Part shown: piece by piece, positions 26,803-37,800 of the stretch
How the letters are laid out: each line of letters begins with the position of its first letter
How positions within the stretch are numbered: position 1 is the stretch's first letter
Origin: Carcharhinus longimanus
Lineage: Eukaryota
Reading direction: 5' to 3'
NCBI GenBank assembly: GCA_030264375.1
Contig: JASCQW010000162.1
Span: 107,920,965-107,984,964 of the forward strand
Length of the DNA stretch: 64,000 bases
Program-made: the position numbers and the translations under genes
Notes under the pieces: generated by a model
The model's database searches: none
Told to the model about the DNA's origin: nothing
The model's input: only the letters and a program-made list of their open reading frames with translations

Positions 26803-27329
26803 TCAGATTTTCAGGTATGGACATCATTTATTTACAATTAGAAATGAGTGCAAAATGTATTCCATTATGCTGTTTGCACACAATTTTCAGTAGTAAGATA
26901 ATTAATGCAATTAATTAGCTCCATGTATTATTTTGATCTTGTGAAGGATGGAAGCCCAATGATGGAAAATTTTAGTAAAGTATTAATGGGATATGCATAG
27001 TTAAAGGACAGAAATTCTCGGCAAACTTTGGAAAGGCTCATAAAACATTTCAATCCATTAACCGTGTTTCTGAATGCTGAAGGGAAAGCAAAAAGATGTG
27101 TTGCTCTAATAAAGCAGCTTGGCAGCTGACCCCCTGCCACTTTTTTGTAAATTGGTGCAGTGGAGTTTTTCTACATGGCCTGATTGCCACTTCAATCCAA
27201 TAAGGTATTCTCATCTGTTCAGAGCATATGAAAATAGCTTCCTGGATCAGGAGGCTAGAAGCAAACTATAGGCCATAAAGCTTAGGAACAGAAGTAGGCC
27301 ATTAAGCCTGCTCTGCCATTCAGTGAGAT

Positions 27330-27558
27330 GATGCGGAGATGCCTGCGTTGGACTGGGGTAAACACAGTAAGAAATTTCACAACACCAGGCTAAAGTCCAA
27401 CAGGTTTATTTGATAGCAAATGCCACTAGCTTTCAGAGCGCTGCTCTTTCGTCAGGTCCTCCTTACCTGACGGAGGAGCAGTGCTCTGAAAACTAGTGAC
27501 ATTTGCTACCAAATAAACCTGTTGGACTTTGACTTGGTGTTGTGAAACTTCTTACTGT
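27330..27558. mobile_element. Palindromic Penelope-derived short element with hammerhead-like motifs
   Basis: Inverted arms 27364-27457 and 27465-27558. Perfect 12-bp flanking duplication attcagtgagat at 27318-27329 and 27559-27570. Confidence 0.8.
27424..27458 (-). ncRNA. Minimal type I hammerhead ribozyme motif (Penelope-associated)
   Basis: Minus strand reads ac-CUGACGA-a-AGAGC-agc-GCUCU-GAAA-gc-UA-gu: intact core, 5-bp helix II, palindromic AGCU in place of helix III, only 2 bp of helix I. Confidence 0.6.
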
Positions 27559-28480
27559 ATTCAGTGAGATCACAGTCATGATGATCCTCAACTCCACTTT
27601 CCCACCTTTTCCCCATAACCCTTGATTCCCTTATTGATTAAAAATCTATCTCAGCCTTGAACATAATAACCCAACTTCTGCAGCCCACTGTGATAAAGGA
27701 TTCCATAACTTTATTATCCCCTGAGAGAAGAAATTCCTCCTTTGTGTCTTCTTCTGAGATTATGCCTTGACTCTCCCATAAGGAAAACCACCCTGTTGAC
27801 AGCTACCCTCTGGAAGCTGCCTGGGAATCTTGTATGTCTCAATAAGGTTGTCTTCCATTCTTCTAAATGCCAATGAGTTTCAATGAACTTACTGGACATG
27901 GTGTTCTGTTACTTGGGGACTTCAAATGTTTCTGAAAAGCAATCCAGCATGATGCTTCATCAGTCCTTCATATGTCAATTGTATGCAGTTGCGTCTGCTG
28001 TCACAAAATATTGTGGTAATTTGTGGCTCCGCATGCACTAACCCCTAATAAGATGAGATAATGTGCATCCTTTTGTGTAGATGCAGGTGCAAACATCAAG
28101 TAGCACAAGACATCTCTATGCAGTTTTATTAACTTGGTACACCTCTTCTCCCCTGCTTCTATCAAAAAGCTTGTTCATGGGGAAGTTCCTTTTGGGAAAT
28201 CCATTTTGATGCCATTGGAACGTTGAAGAGCAACAGTTGGCACTAAGGCTTTTAACACTTAAAAGAAACTGTAAAAATAAGATGGTGGATATATCCTTTA
28301 AAAACTGTTGACAGACTCTTCATTTCTGACCTTTTAAATAATAATCCTAGATGCCCATGTAATGTGAGCAGCTATGTCACTCAATGTAATGGCTGCGTAA
28401 GTGCCAGAAAATCATAAGCAAAATTATACTTTGAATTAAGCTTTGCTGTGAAACTCCTACCTCCCTTCGTTGCCAAAAAT

Positions 28481-28798
28481 CATAGAAACCCTACAATGCA
28501 GAAAGAGGCCATTGAGCCCATCGAGTCTGCACCGACCACAATCCCACCAGACCCTACCCCCATATCGACCTGCTAATCCCTCCGACCTATGCATCTCAGG
28601 ACACTCAGAGGCAATTTTAGTATGGCCAATCGACTTAACCTGCACATCTTTGGACTATGGGAGGAAACCAGAGCACCCGGAGGAATCCCATGCAGACACT
28701 AGGAGAGTGTGCAAACTCCACACAGTCACCCAAGCCGGGAATCGAACCCAGGTCCCTGGAGCAGTGAAGCAGCAGTGCTAACCACTGTGCTACCATGC
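28481..28798 (-). mobile_element. HE1-type V-SINE
   Basis: Full reverse copy from catagaaaccctacaatgcagaaagaggcc to gctaaccactgtgctaccatgc. Confidence 0.9.
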
Positions 28799-29407
28799 AC
28801 AAAGTGGATTAAGATTCAGAATGCTCCTCAGTTTTCAGATTGGGCTTGTCCAATTTATACCTCAAATTCAGGAAGCTAAATTAAAGTATGCCTTCTTGTC
28901 TGAACATTGTGGTATTATGTGTCAGTTGTCCACAAAATGTACAGTGCTGGATTATTGGTTATGAAAAATGAAGTGCGTAATGACTTTAAAATGTAACTGC
29001 GGTAGTTGTATTTTAAGCTGAATACTTCTCAATCTTTGGGGGATTGAACTTGTGACTTTCATTTACTTTGATTTAAATTGGTAGATGGCTTGAATTGTCA
29101 AAATGTTTTAGAATTCAAGACTGTAAAAAAGGGCATCTGATGATTTAGAAGGTTTCCCCCTAACAACTGTCCATATAGTTCCCTTGAGGGAGAGCCTAGG
29201 TCGAGACTTTCTGGAAATACTGCAGAAAAAAGCGTGGAGTCTCATGCAATGCATTGATTACTACACTTTCTTGTGGGCCCTTTGCCAAATGATGACCTCC
29301 CAGTTACCATTTAACTTTGAGCCTTTCCCTGTCTTCAGTCTAGTTCAACCTTGGGTCTGATTTTCTCTCGTGGCAGTCAGCATTCATGGCCTTAGTGCCA
29401 GATGAGG

Positions 29408-29740
29408 GCATGGCAGAGTGTTATTGCCACTGGACTAGTAATGTGCAGACCTGGGTTCAAATCCCACCATAGCTGATGGTGAAATTTGAATTCAATAAGA
29501 ATATCCGGAATGAAAAGTCTAATAATGACCATGTAAACCATTGTCGATTGTTGTAAAAACCTCTCTGGTTCACTCAGGGAAGGAAATCTGCTGTCCTTAA
29601 TTGGCCTACGTGTGACCTGAGACACAGAGTAATGTGGTTGACTCTTAAATGCCCTTGGAAATGGCCACAGGTCAATTTCGTGATGGGCTATTAAGGCAGG
29701 CCCAACTGACAATGCCCACTTCAATTAATTAAAAAAAAAA
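29408..29740 (+). mobile_element. tRNA(Thr)-like-headed short element sharing its ends with the CR1/L2-group LINE
   Basis: A-box tggcagagtg at 29411, B-box ggttcaaatcc at 29454-29464, body matching 22377-22690, tail gatgggctattaa...aatgcccac and an A-run. Confidence 0.8.
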
Positions 29741-29949
29741 CTGAGTATGATAAAACATGATTTTGAGTGTCTAGCTGTACAACCCTGAAGTGCCACATTT
29801 TGGTGAATGGGATATTTTAAATTTGTTCTCCCTTCTGACACAGTTGTGAGAGTGACTTCACAGAGAAATCTGGGAACCAGACTGTTGTTAATCATGTTTG
29901 GGGAAGGGTGCATAAGCATTGAAGGAAATGTAGCATCCATCAGCTTATT

Positions 29950-31495
29950 TTTTTGAAATACAAGCAGAAAATGTTGGGAAATAGTTACGGTAGCACTCAT
30001 GGAGAGAAATGGTTGAGGTTTAAAATCTGTGACATTTCATCAGAACTGGGAAAAGTTAGGAAAGTAACAGGTTTTGAGCAAGGGTTTGGTGGGGCAAGGG
30101 CAAAAGAAAGGGTCTGTGATGGGGTGAAAGTCAGGACATGTTGAATGATGGAAGAGCTAGTCTTCCAATGCCAAAGGGGAAAGNNNNNNNNNNNNNNNNN
30201 NNNNNATGTCTGGAGCTGGTGTGCTGCTGACTGCAAACAAAAGATAAGAAAAAAAGCAATCAAGATGGGTGCTGAGATAGTGACCTGAAATTGTTGATTG
30301 CAGTGTTGGGTCCAGAAGGCTATAAGGTGCCATTCGAAACATGAGGTACTTTTTCTTGCATTGAGTGTCACTGCAACAGTGCAGCAACCTAGGGCAGATT
30401 TGGCAGTGTGAGGAGAGTGGTGGAGAATTAAAATAACAGACTAACTGATGCTTGGGATCATGCTTGCGAACTGATTGGAGATGTTTCACAAAGCCATGAC
30501 CCAATCTACATTTGACCTGCACCGTATAAAGGAGACCATATCTTGAGCAATGAATTCAGCACACTAGATTGAAAGAAGTACACTTGGAAGTTTTTTTACA
30601 CAGAGGGTGGTGGGTGCCTGGATCCCGCTGCCGGGAGAGGTAATGGAAGCAGATATGATAATGACTTTTAAAATGCGTCTTGACAAATACATGAATAGGA
30701 TGGGAATAGAGGGATATGGTCTCCAGGAAGGGTAGGGGATTTTAGTTCACACGGGCAGCATGGTTAGTGCAGGCTAGGAGGGCCGAAGGGCCTGTTCCTG
30801 TGTTGTAATTTTCTTTGTTGTTTTGTAAATTTGTTACTTCAGCCACTGAGGGCAGGTGTTATATCTTCTGTGTTTACATGCAAAGATGCCAAAGGAAGGG
30901 GATCAGGTATAAGGGGTGGGGTGTAAATGAGGAGTGGACTAGACTCTCAAAGAGGGAACAGTCCCTTCAGAGTATTGAAAGAGGGGAGGAGGGAAAGATT
31001 TGCCTGGTGGTGACATCATTCTGAAGATGCAGAAATGGCAGCAAGTAATCCGTTGATTATGGAAGTTGTCAGGATAGAAGGTGAGGACAAGAGGAACCCT
31101 ATTGTGGCTCTTGAGAGAGGGTAAGGGTTTACAAGCAGAAGTGCCGGTAATGTGGTAGACATGATTGAAGGTGCTGCCAATTATGGTGGGAACGGAATTG
31201 TCAGTTCAGGGGGGAAAAAAAAGACATCCCAAAAGCGCATCATCAAAATGGATGCAATGGGAATGGAATGGAATCTTTACAAAGTTTTCAGTGTAAGGAA
31301 GTGTAATGGAGGCAGCTTTGGGTGTTATTGGGTTAATAATGAAGACAAGTTGATAGTCTATTTTCCCAATTCTGATGAAAGATCACAGACATTAAACATG
31401 AACTCTGTTTCTCGCCTCCGATGCTGCCTGCTAAGAATTCCAAGAACTTTCTGCTTGTGTTTCAGATTTCTAGTGTCCACAATATTCTGTTTTCC
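29950..31495 (-). mobile_element. Penelope-like element (GIY-YIG region, inverted terminal segment at ~31360-31495), interrupted by CR1
   Basis: ORF 30157-30522 KCRLGHGFVKHLQSVRKHDPKHQLVCYFNS is GIY-YIG endonuclease-like. Terminal segments with ctgatgaa are in opposite orientations. Confidence 0.8.
30583..30824 (+). mobile_element. CR1/HER1 LINE 3' end inserted into the Penelope copy
   Basis: FFTQRVVGAWIPLPGEVMEA...FKMRLDKYM followed by gggccgaagggcctgttcctgtg. Confidence 0.85.
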
Positions 31496-31865
31496 AGTTA
31501 AGTTGTTTTTGTCCCACCTTGACATTGTGTAACTTTGGCACATCATTATTGCTATTGCTCGCCACATGGCCGCTTGGTTGAAGCCAAAGTATGGAGAAAT
31601 CATAGGTCAATTTAGGAAAACTCTGGGAAATTTCCTGTCCGATTGCCAACAATAATCAAGTAAGTTCCTGGAGACCACTGTGACATGAACCTCAACGACC
31701 TGCTGTCCTTGTTTTTGTAGATGCGTTTGCTACAGATGTTGTGTTGGAAATAAGTGATTTTCTATTTTAACTTCAATGGTTGACATGTTTCAAATTATTG
31801 CATTTTTTAGTGGTATATAACAACAGTAATAATTTCTAAAATTGTAATTTTGTTTTCTGTATTAG

Positions 31866-32021
31866 GATACCAAGATTGCCTCACTGGAAAGAAATATTAG
31901 GGATTTAGAAGATGAAATTCAAATGCTGAAGACTAATGGAGCCTTGAGTACTGAAGACCGGGAAGAAGAGCTTAAGCAGATGGAAGTTTACAAGAGCCAT
32001 TCAAAGTTCATGAAAAATAAG
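31866..32021 (+). CDS. ERC2: ERC2 internal coding exon (156 nt, phase 0/0)
   Basis: Acceptor ttttgttttctgtattag| and donor AAG|gtgata. Translates DTKIASLERNIRDLEDEIQMLKTNGALSTEDREEELKQMEVYKSHSKFMKNK, continuing the previous exon in frame. DTKIASLERNIRDLEDE is ERC2-type. Confidence 0.95.
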
Positions 32022-32541
32022 GTGATACTTTCTTTTTGGATAGGTGTATGATTTGTAAGTAATCACATATAAGTGCCCTCTAGAGGTTTCTTTTGCATTT
32101 GTTACATGTGCTGATCACTGTGTGCTGTTATGTACAGCCAGGTGGTGAAGGAGGATGACCAGATGTCAAGTTTCATTCAGTTTTAGATTTATTTGCAAAG
32201 TAAAATATTATAAATGTAAAACTCCTAATCCAAACATAATCCCCCACCCGTATCGATAATTGTCTCTTCATATGTGCGCAAGTAATTATTGAAGAGTGGT
32301 TTCCCTCTCCTGACCTGTAGATAACTTAAATAAACTGGTAATATTTGATTAATTTTATGACTTGAAGAAATGGTCACTTGCTTTGTTTGTTCTTTGGGAG
32401 CTGTGTGCCTTGGTAACAGTAATTCTAGGCTAGCCCTTGATGGACCAAGTGGTCTTTCCTTGTCTCTCATTTTCATGTGTTTATATACAGATATTGGCTC
32501 TCAAATTAATATTTACTGCATAGACTGCATAAGTAAGATTA

Positions 32542-33003
32542 TGATGTGGAGATGCCAGCATTGGACTGGGCTAAACACAGTAAGAAGTCTCAACAGCAGG
32601 TTAAAGTCCAACAGATTTATTTGGTAGCAAAAGCCACTAGCTTTTGGGGTTTGCCCCTTCCATTCACCTGACGAAGGGGCAAACCCTGAAAACTAGTGGT
32701 GTTTACTACCAAATAAACCTGTTGGACTTTAACCTGGTGTTGTGAGACATAGAACATAGAACATTACAGCGCAGAACAGGCCCTTCGGCCCACGATGTTG
32801 CGCCGACCAGTTAAAAAGCAANNNNNNNNNNNNNNNNNNNNNNNNNNNNNNNNNNNNNNNNNNNNNNNNNNNNNNNNNNNNNNNNNNNNNNNNNNNNNNN
32901 NNNNNNNNNNNNNNNNNNNNNCATTAAACTCCATCCGCCACCTCTCGGCCCAGCTCTGCAACTTGTCCAAGTCTCCCTGTAAACTAAGACACCCTTCTTA
33001 CTG
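32542..33003. mobile_element. Palindromic Penelope-derived short element, interrupted by a CR1 tail (~32748-32994)
   Basis: Same family as 27330-27558. Flanking duplication taagtaag(a/g)tta at 32530-32541 and 33004-33015. Confidence 0.75.
32664..32699 (+). ncRNA. Minimal hammerhead-like motif
   Basis: ucac-CUGACGA-AGGG-gcaaa-CCCU-GAAA-ac-UA-gugg: intact core and helices I and II; the helix III tetramer AACU is not palindromic. Confidence 0.5.
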
Positions 33004-33059
33004 TAAGTAAGGTTAGACAGACAAGTCAGGGCAGGTGGAGGCTGTGACTGCAAGCATGT

Positions 33060-33369
33060 TATTAATTTATTCCTTAGTGTGACAGGTAGCTTTACATTAA
33101 CACTGGAATGAAGTTACTGTGAAAACTCCCTAGTTGCTACACTCCATCACCTATTCGGGCACACTGAGGGAGAATTTACCACATGGCCAATGCACCTAAC
33201 CAGCACATCTTTCAGACTATTGGCAAGAAACTGGAGCTCCCAGAGGAAATCCATGCAGAATGGGGGAGAATGTGCAAACTCCACACAGTCAGTCATTCAA
33301 GCTTGGAATCGAAGCCGGGTCCCTGGTACTATGAAGCAGCAGTGCTAACCACTATACCATTGTGCTGCC
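33060..33369 (-). mobile_element. V-SINE with HE1-like head and alternative 3' tail
   Basis: HE1 head and V-domain, but the tail (reverse) is ttacattaacactggaatgaagttactgtgaaaa. Confidence 0.8.
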
Positions 33370-33371
33370 TC

Positions 33372-35560
33372 AGGTGGCGAGTTTGTGGAAAGCACTGCAA
33401 ACCTGGGTAACCATATCTGTGCAGTGTCTGCAGCTTGAGCAACTTCGGCTCAGAGTTGTGGAATTAGAGTTTGAGCTACTGACATTTTGGGGCAACAGGG
33501 AGGGAAGAGTTACGTGGGCAGTTTGTTCCAGGAAGCAGTTGCACCCCTTAGGTTAAGTAGAATTAAGTTTCAAATTAATATGCAGAACCCCAAACATAAT
33601 AGCCTCTGGAATGTTATTTTAGCCACGTGTCAATTGGATAGGTTCAAGCATATTAGAGAATTAAAAACGTGACTCAGAGTGGTGTGGAAACCAGGGGTTT
33701 TGGTTTGAGGAATACAACACTAGTACTGGGGAAAGGAGGAACTGATCTGATGGGATCGGCTCAGCTTAAACCAGGATGGAATCAATGTTCTGATTTTATA
33801 ACGAGAGCTGTGGACAGGGCTTTAAATGAAAAGGGTGGGGTGGGGAGGAGGAGAGACATGAAGGATGAATTTGAATTCTTTAAGGGAAAAGTCAAGGCGA
33901 CAGAGCAGTGTAGCAATTTGGGTAAAGTCAAGCAGAGTGGGAGGAACAAAAACTTTAATGGTTATAGTGAGGCACGAAAAATCATTGTAGTTTAAAAAAA
34001 GAAGATTCTATCTCTATGTATAAAACATGCACAATAAGACAGATAACTAATGGCACAAGAGATAAATTGTTCCAATCTCATTTCCATGAAAGACACAGAT
34101 ACGTGGTGTCCAAGGTCAGCAAATAGACATAGGATAGACAACTTTTAAGGAAAACAGAATGAAAAAGAGGAGTGGTCCTAATAGTAAAGGCTGACCGAAG
34201 GACAGTGATAAGAAAGGCTCTCAGCCAGGGAGATCAGAAAGTAAATCACTGAGTGGAGATTGGAAATAACCAAAGTCAGAAAATATCAGTGGGAGTAATT
34301 TATAAGCCTGCTGACAGTAGTTATACTCTTGGGCAGAGCATTGAGCAAGAAACAATTGGAGCTTGTAGGAAGGGCAATGTAATAATCTTAGGGGATTTCA
34401 GACAAATCAAATGAGAAAAGATAGTCTGGAAGGTGAGGTCATGGAATGCATTCATGGCTGTTTCCAGGAACAGTTCACTGAGAAACCAAATAGTGTTGAA
34501 GGTATTTGAGTTTAATATTGTGTAATGAGGTAGGCTTAATTAGAAGAGGAGAACTGCCGCGGTTTGATTGAGTAAATAGACTAAAATGTATGGGGGCGGG
34601 GTGGGTAAGTAAACAGTGGAGAATATGTAAAGAAACAATTTAAAATGTTCAACAAAATATATATTCCATTAAAAACAAAAACTCAGCCAGAAAGAGCCAT
34701 CCGTCATTTACTAGGGAAGTTAAAGATGGTATTAGATTAAAAGAAGAGGCTTATAATGTTGCAAAGAACAATTGTAAGCCTGAGGATTGGAAGAGTTTTA
34801 GAAACCAGCAAAGGGTGACTATAACATTGATTAAAAAAGGATTAAACTGGAATGTGACAGTAAAATAGTCAGGAGTATAAAAACAGATTGTAAGAGCTTT
34901 TACAAGTATTTAAAAAGGAAGACAGTAACTTTAGAAACAGAGACAGAAGAAATTATCAGGGAAATGAGGAAATGGCAGAGACATTGAATAAATCTTCTGT
35001 GCCTGCCTTCACAGCGGAAGATACAAGTTATATCCAGAAGTAGAAGGTAATCTAGGTGCAAATGTTAAGATAATTATTATCAGCAGGGGAAAAAGTACTG
35101 GAGAAACTTAAGGGACTAAAATCCAAGAAGTCCCCAGGACCTGTTGACCTATATCTTAGGGCTTTAATGGAGGCACCTACAGAGGTAGTGAATGGCCTGG
35201 TTATGATTTTCTGAAATTCTCTGGATTCTAAAAGGCCCACAGATTGAAAGTTGGCAAATATAACACTATTCAAGACATGAGGTAGCAGGGAAACATTGAA
35301 CTAGAAGTCTGACATCAATTTGTCAAGGAAATTGTTAATGAACTCTTACCAATTCATTAAGAAAATCATAGTATGACTAGTATCATCAAAATCTTACATA
35401 AGGGAAATAGTGTTTAATCTGTTTATTAAGAGTTTTTTTGAAGATGTAACTAATGTAGGTAGACCAGGGGGATAGGTAGATTTATTGTACCTGGCTTTCT
35501 GCAAGGCATTCAGAAAGGTGACACACAGAAGTATAATATGCAAGATTAAGTTGGCTATGA
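33372..35560 (+). mobile_element. Decayed CR1 LINE (ORF1 zipper/esterase remnant, endonuclease, partial RT)
   Basis: CLQLEQLRLRVVELE (ORF1), GVIYKP / IILGDF (APE), KSPGPVDLYLRAL and DLLYLAFCKAF (RT), with many stops and deletions. Confidence 0.85.
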
Positions 35561-35596
35561 AAGAATCCAGCTACTGATGTAGATCAGCCTGCATGT

Positions 35597-36050
35597 AGAA
35601 CATAGAACATAGAAAAACTACAGCAGAAACAGGCCCTTCGGCCAACAAGTTGCACCGATGATATCCATACCTACTAGGCTTACCTATAACCCTCAAATCA
35701 ATCAAGTCTCATGTACTCATCCAGAAGTCTCTTGAAAGACCCTATCAAATTTGCCTCCACTACCACCGACGGCAGCCAATTCCACTCTCCCACCACCTTC
35801 TGAGTGAAAAACTTACCCNNNNNNNNNNNNNNNNNNNNNNNNNNNNNNNNNNNNNNNNNNNNNNNNNNNNNNNNNNNNNNNNNNNNNNNNNNNNNNNNNN
35901 NNNNNNNNNNNNNNNNNNCCCCCCCCCCCCAGCATAAGGTTGGAGGCTGTGGAGGGAAGATCACCAGAGGAGATGACGTCAGTGACAGTCCTTGGGGAAA
36001 AAATGGCTTGATGTTCGCTGGTAGGTTCATGGTCCAGGGGGAGGTAAGAA
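35597..36050 (-). mobile_element. Young CR1/HER1 LINE 3' end (partly N)
   Basis: agaacatagaacatag tail; GKFFTQKVVGEWNWLPSVVVEANLIGSFKRLLDEYM. Confidence 0.85.
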
Positions 36051-36064
36051 GAAGTATCAGAGAG

Positions 36065-37180
36065 GTGGTGTTCTGTTTTGATGATGCCATCTTCAAAAAT
36101 GGCATTTCTTGCATGTCTGTCTTTTTCCTTAGCTGAGGTTTCCTCCCCCTACAATTGACAGAACATTCAGCTGCATTCACCCCATTTCCTCCACCACTGC
36201 CCTCACCCCTTCCTCTTCCTCTCAGAAGCAGGATGGGGTCCCCTTTGTCCTCACTTTCCATCCTACCAACCGCATTCAAAGGATCATTCTCCACCATTTC
36301 CACCAGTTCCAGCACGGAACACATATTTCCCTCACCCCTCCCTGTCAGCATTTCACAGGTACCACTCCCTCCGTGACATCCTGATCTGCTCCTCCATGAA
36401 GCCCTTCTCCTTCCCTTGGCATTGTATCTTGTAATCGCAGAAGATGCCTCTTTACCTCCACCCTCCTCACCGGTCGAGGCCCCAGGGGCTCCTTTCTGGT
36501 GTGGCAATGTATAATTTGCACCGGCTTCAATTTGGTCTACTGTATCTGCTGCGCCCAGTGCCGTCTTCTCTACACAGACTACACAGAGGAGACTAATTGC
36601 AAACTGGGTGACCACTTTGTTCAGTTTGCAAGCTTGACTCTAACCTTCCTGTCGCTTGCCATTTCAACTTAACGTCTTGCTGTCCTGCCCACGTGTCTAT
36701 CCTTGGCCTGCTGCAATGCTGCAGTGAAGGCCAATGCAAACTGGAGGAACAGATCTCATCTTCTGCTCAGCGCTGAATTCAACAATTTTAGACTATGATC
36801 TTTCTCTTCCATCTTCACCTTTTTTTAAATAGCACAAACATTTTGTTTTGCTCCAATGTAAAAACCCTCCCTTGCTGGGATATCTGTCATTTGTTCTTGC
36901 GTTTTGCCGCAACCCAGTTCCCACTAGTTATTATTACCCCTCATGTAATCACATTTACCACTCTCTTTAGTTCTGTAGAAGGGTGATGTGGACTCGAAAT
37001 GTTGGCCCAATGTCTCCCACAATGTCCGCAGATGGAATTCTCCATGGCTGTTGCAGCGAATGGAGTTTTGGCTGAGCAACAAATTCTCCATTCTCCTTGG
37101 CAGTGGAGTAGCTATGGATAAGATCTCCCTACGGATGCTGCTAGACCTGCGGAGGTTTTCCAGCTTCCTCTGTTTTGGTG
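36065..37180 (+). mobile_element. Penelope-like element 3' part (GIY-YIG, 3' UTR, terminal repeat)
   Basis: Decayed CNRRRC...CTGFNLVYCICCAQCRLLY..ETNCKLGDHF...LPVACHFN; terminal agttctgtagaagggtg...gactcgaaatgtt. Confidence 0.85.
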
Positions 37181-37339
37181 GTTGAAGCAGCATGCTTTTT
37201 GATTTGATCAGCCAGTTGTTAGGATATATAGTCTACTTACCTTCCATCACACTGGCACTTCATATCCGATGTTACTCAATTGTATGGTTGGCAGAATGTC
37301 TTTTGCTGTCAGTCTTGCTGCGGGTCTCAGCGAGAACAA

Positions 37340-37800
37340 TGTTTTGTTCTCTTTATTTAAGGAAGGATATACCAGCATTGGAAGCAGTTCAGAGAGGTTT
37401 CAATAGTCTAATTCTTGGGATTAAAAAGGTTGTCTTATGAGATAGGTTGGGTCTCTAACTCATTGGAGTTTAGAAAAATGTAGGTAGTGAGAGGCGTGAA
37501 GCTTCAGAATAAAGTGTGTCCCATTTAAAATGGAGATAAGGACGAATTTTATCTCTGAGGATTATTCATATTTGGAATTTTCTACTCTAGAAAGCAGTGG
37601 AGGCTGAGCCATTAAATATATTCATGACTGAGTTGGACAGAGTTTTGCTCTGAGGGGTTGAGGGCTATGGGGTAGGAGGTGGGGGGAGAGAGAAATACAG
37701 TAAAATGGAGTAGATGCTGGCATCAGATCACCCAAGATCTTATTGAATGTTGAAGCAGGCTTGAGGAGCTGAATGGCCTACTGCTCTTGGTGTTCTAATG
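37340..37800 (+). mobile_element. CR1 LINE 3' fragment
   Basis: YLRKDIPALEAVQRGFNSLILG and a 3' UTR ending gctgaatggcctactgctc. Confidence 0.85.

Larger units (their letters stand above)
27270..27880 (-). mobile_element. CR1-like LINE 3' fragment hosting the palindromic insertion
   Basis: ttaggaacagaagtaggccatt...ctctgccattcagtgagat ... tccccataacccttgattccc: reverse CR1 3' UTR and RT end. Confidence 0.7.

Noticed and set aside
29408-29470. tRNA gene
   Set aside because: A and B boxes belong to a SINE-like head. There is no complete cloverleaf and the sequence continues into a repeat body.
32138-32170. Purine-rich segment after tacagccag as a microexon (VVKEDDQ)
   Set aside because: No convincing donor site or polypyrimidine tract, and no recognised homologous peptide.
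35698-36615. 305-aa ORF on the minus strand
   Set aside because: It joins antisense Penelope sequence to a CR1 C-terminus across an N gap.
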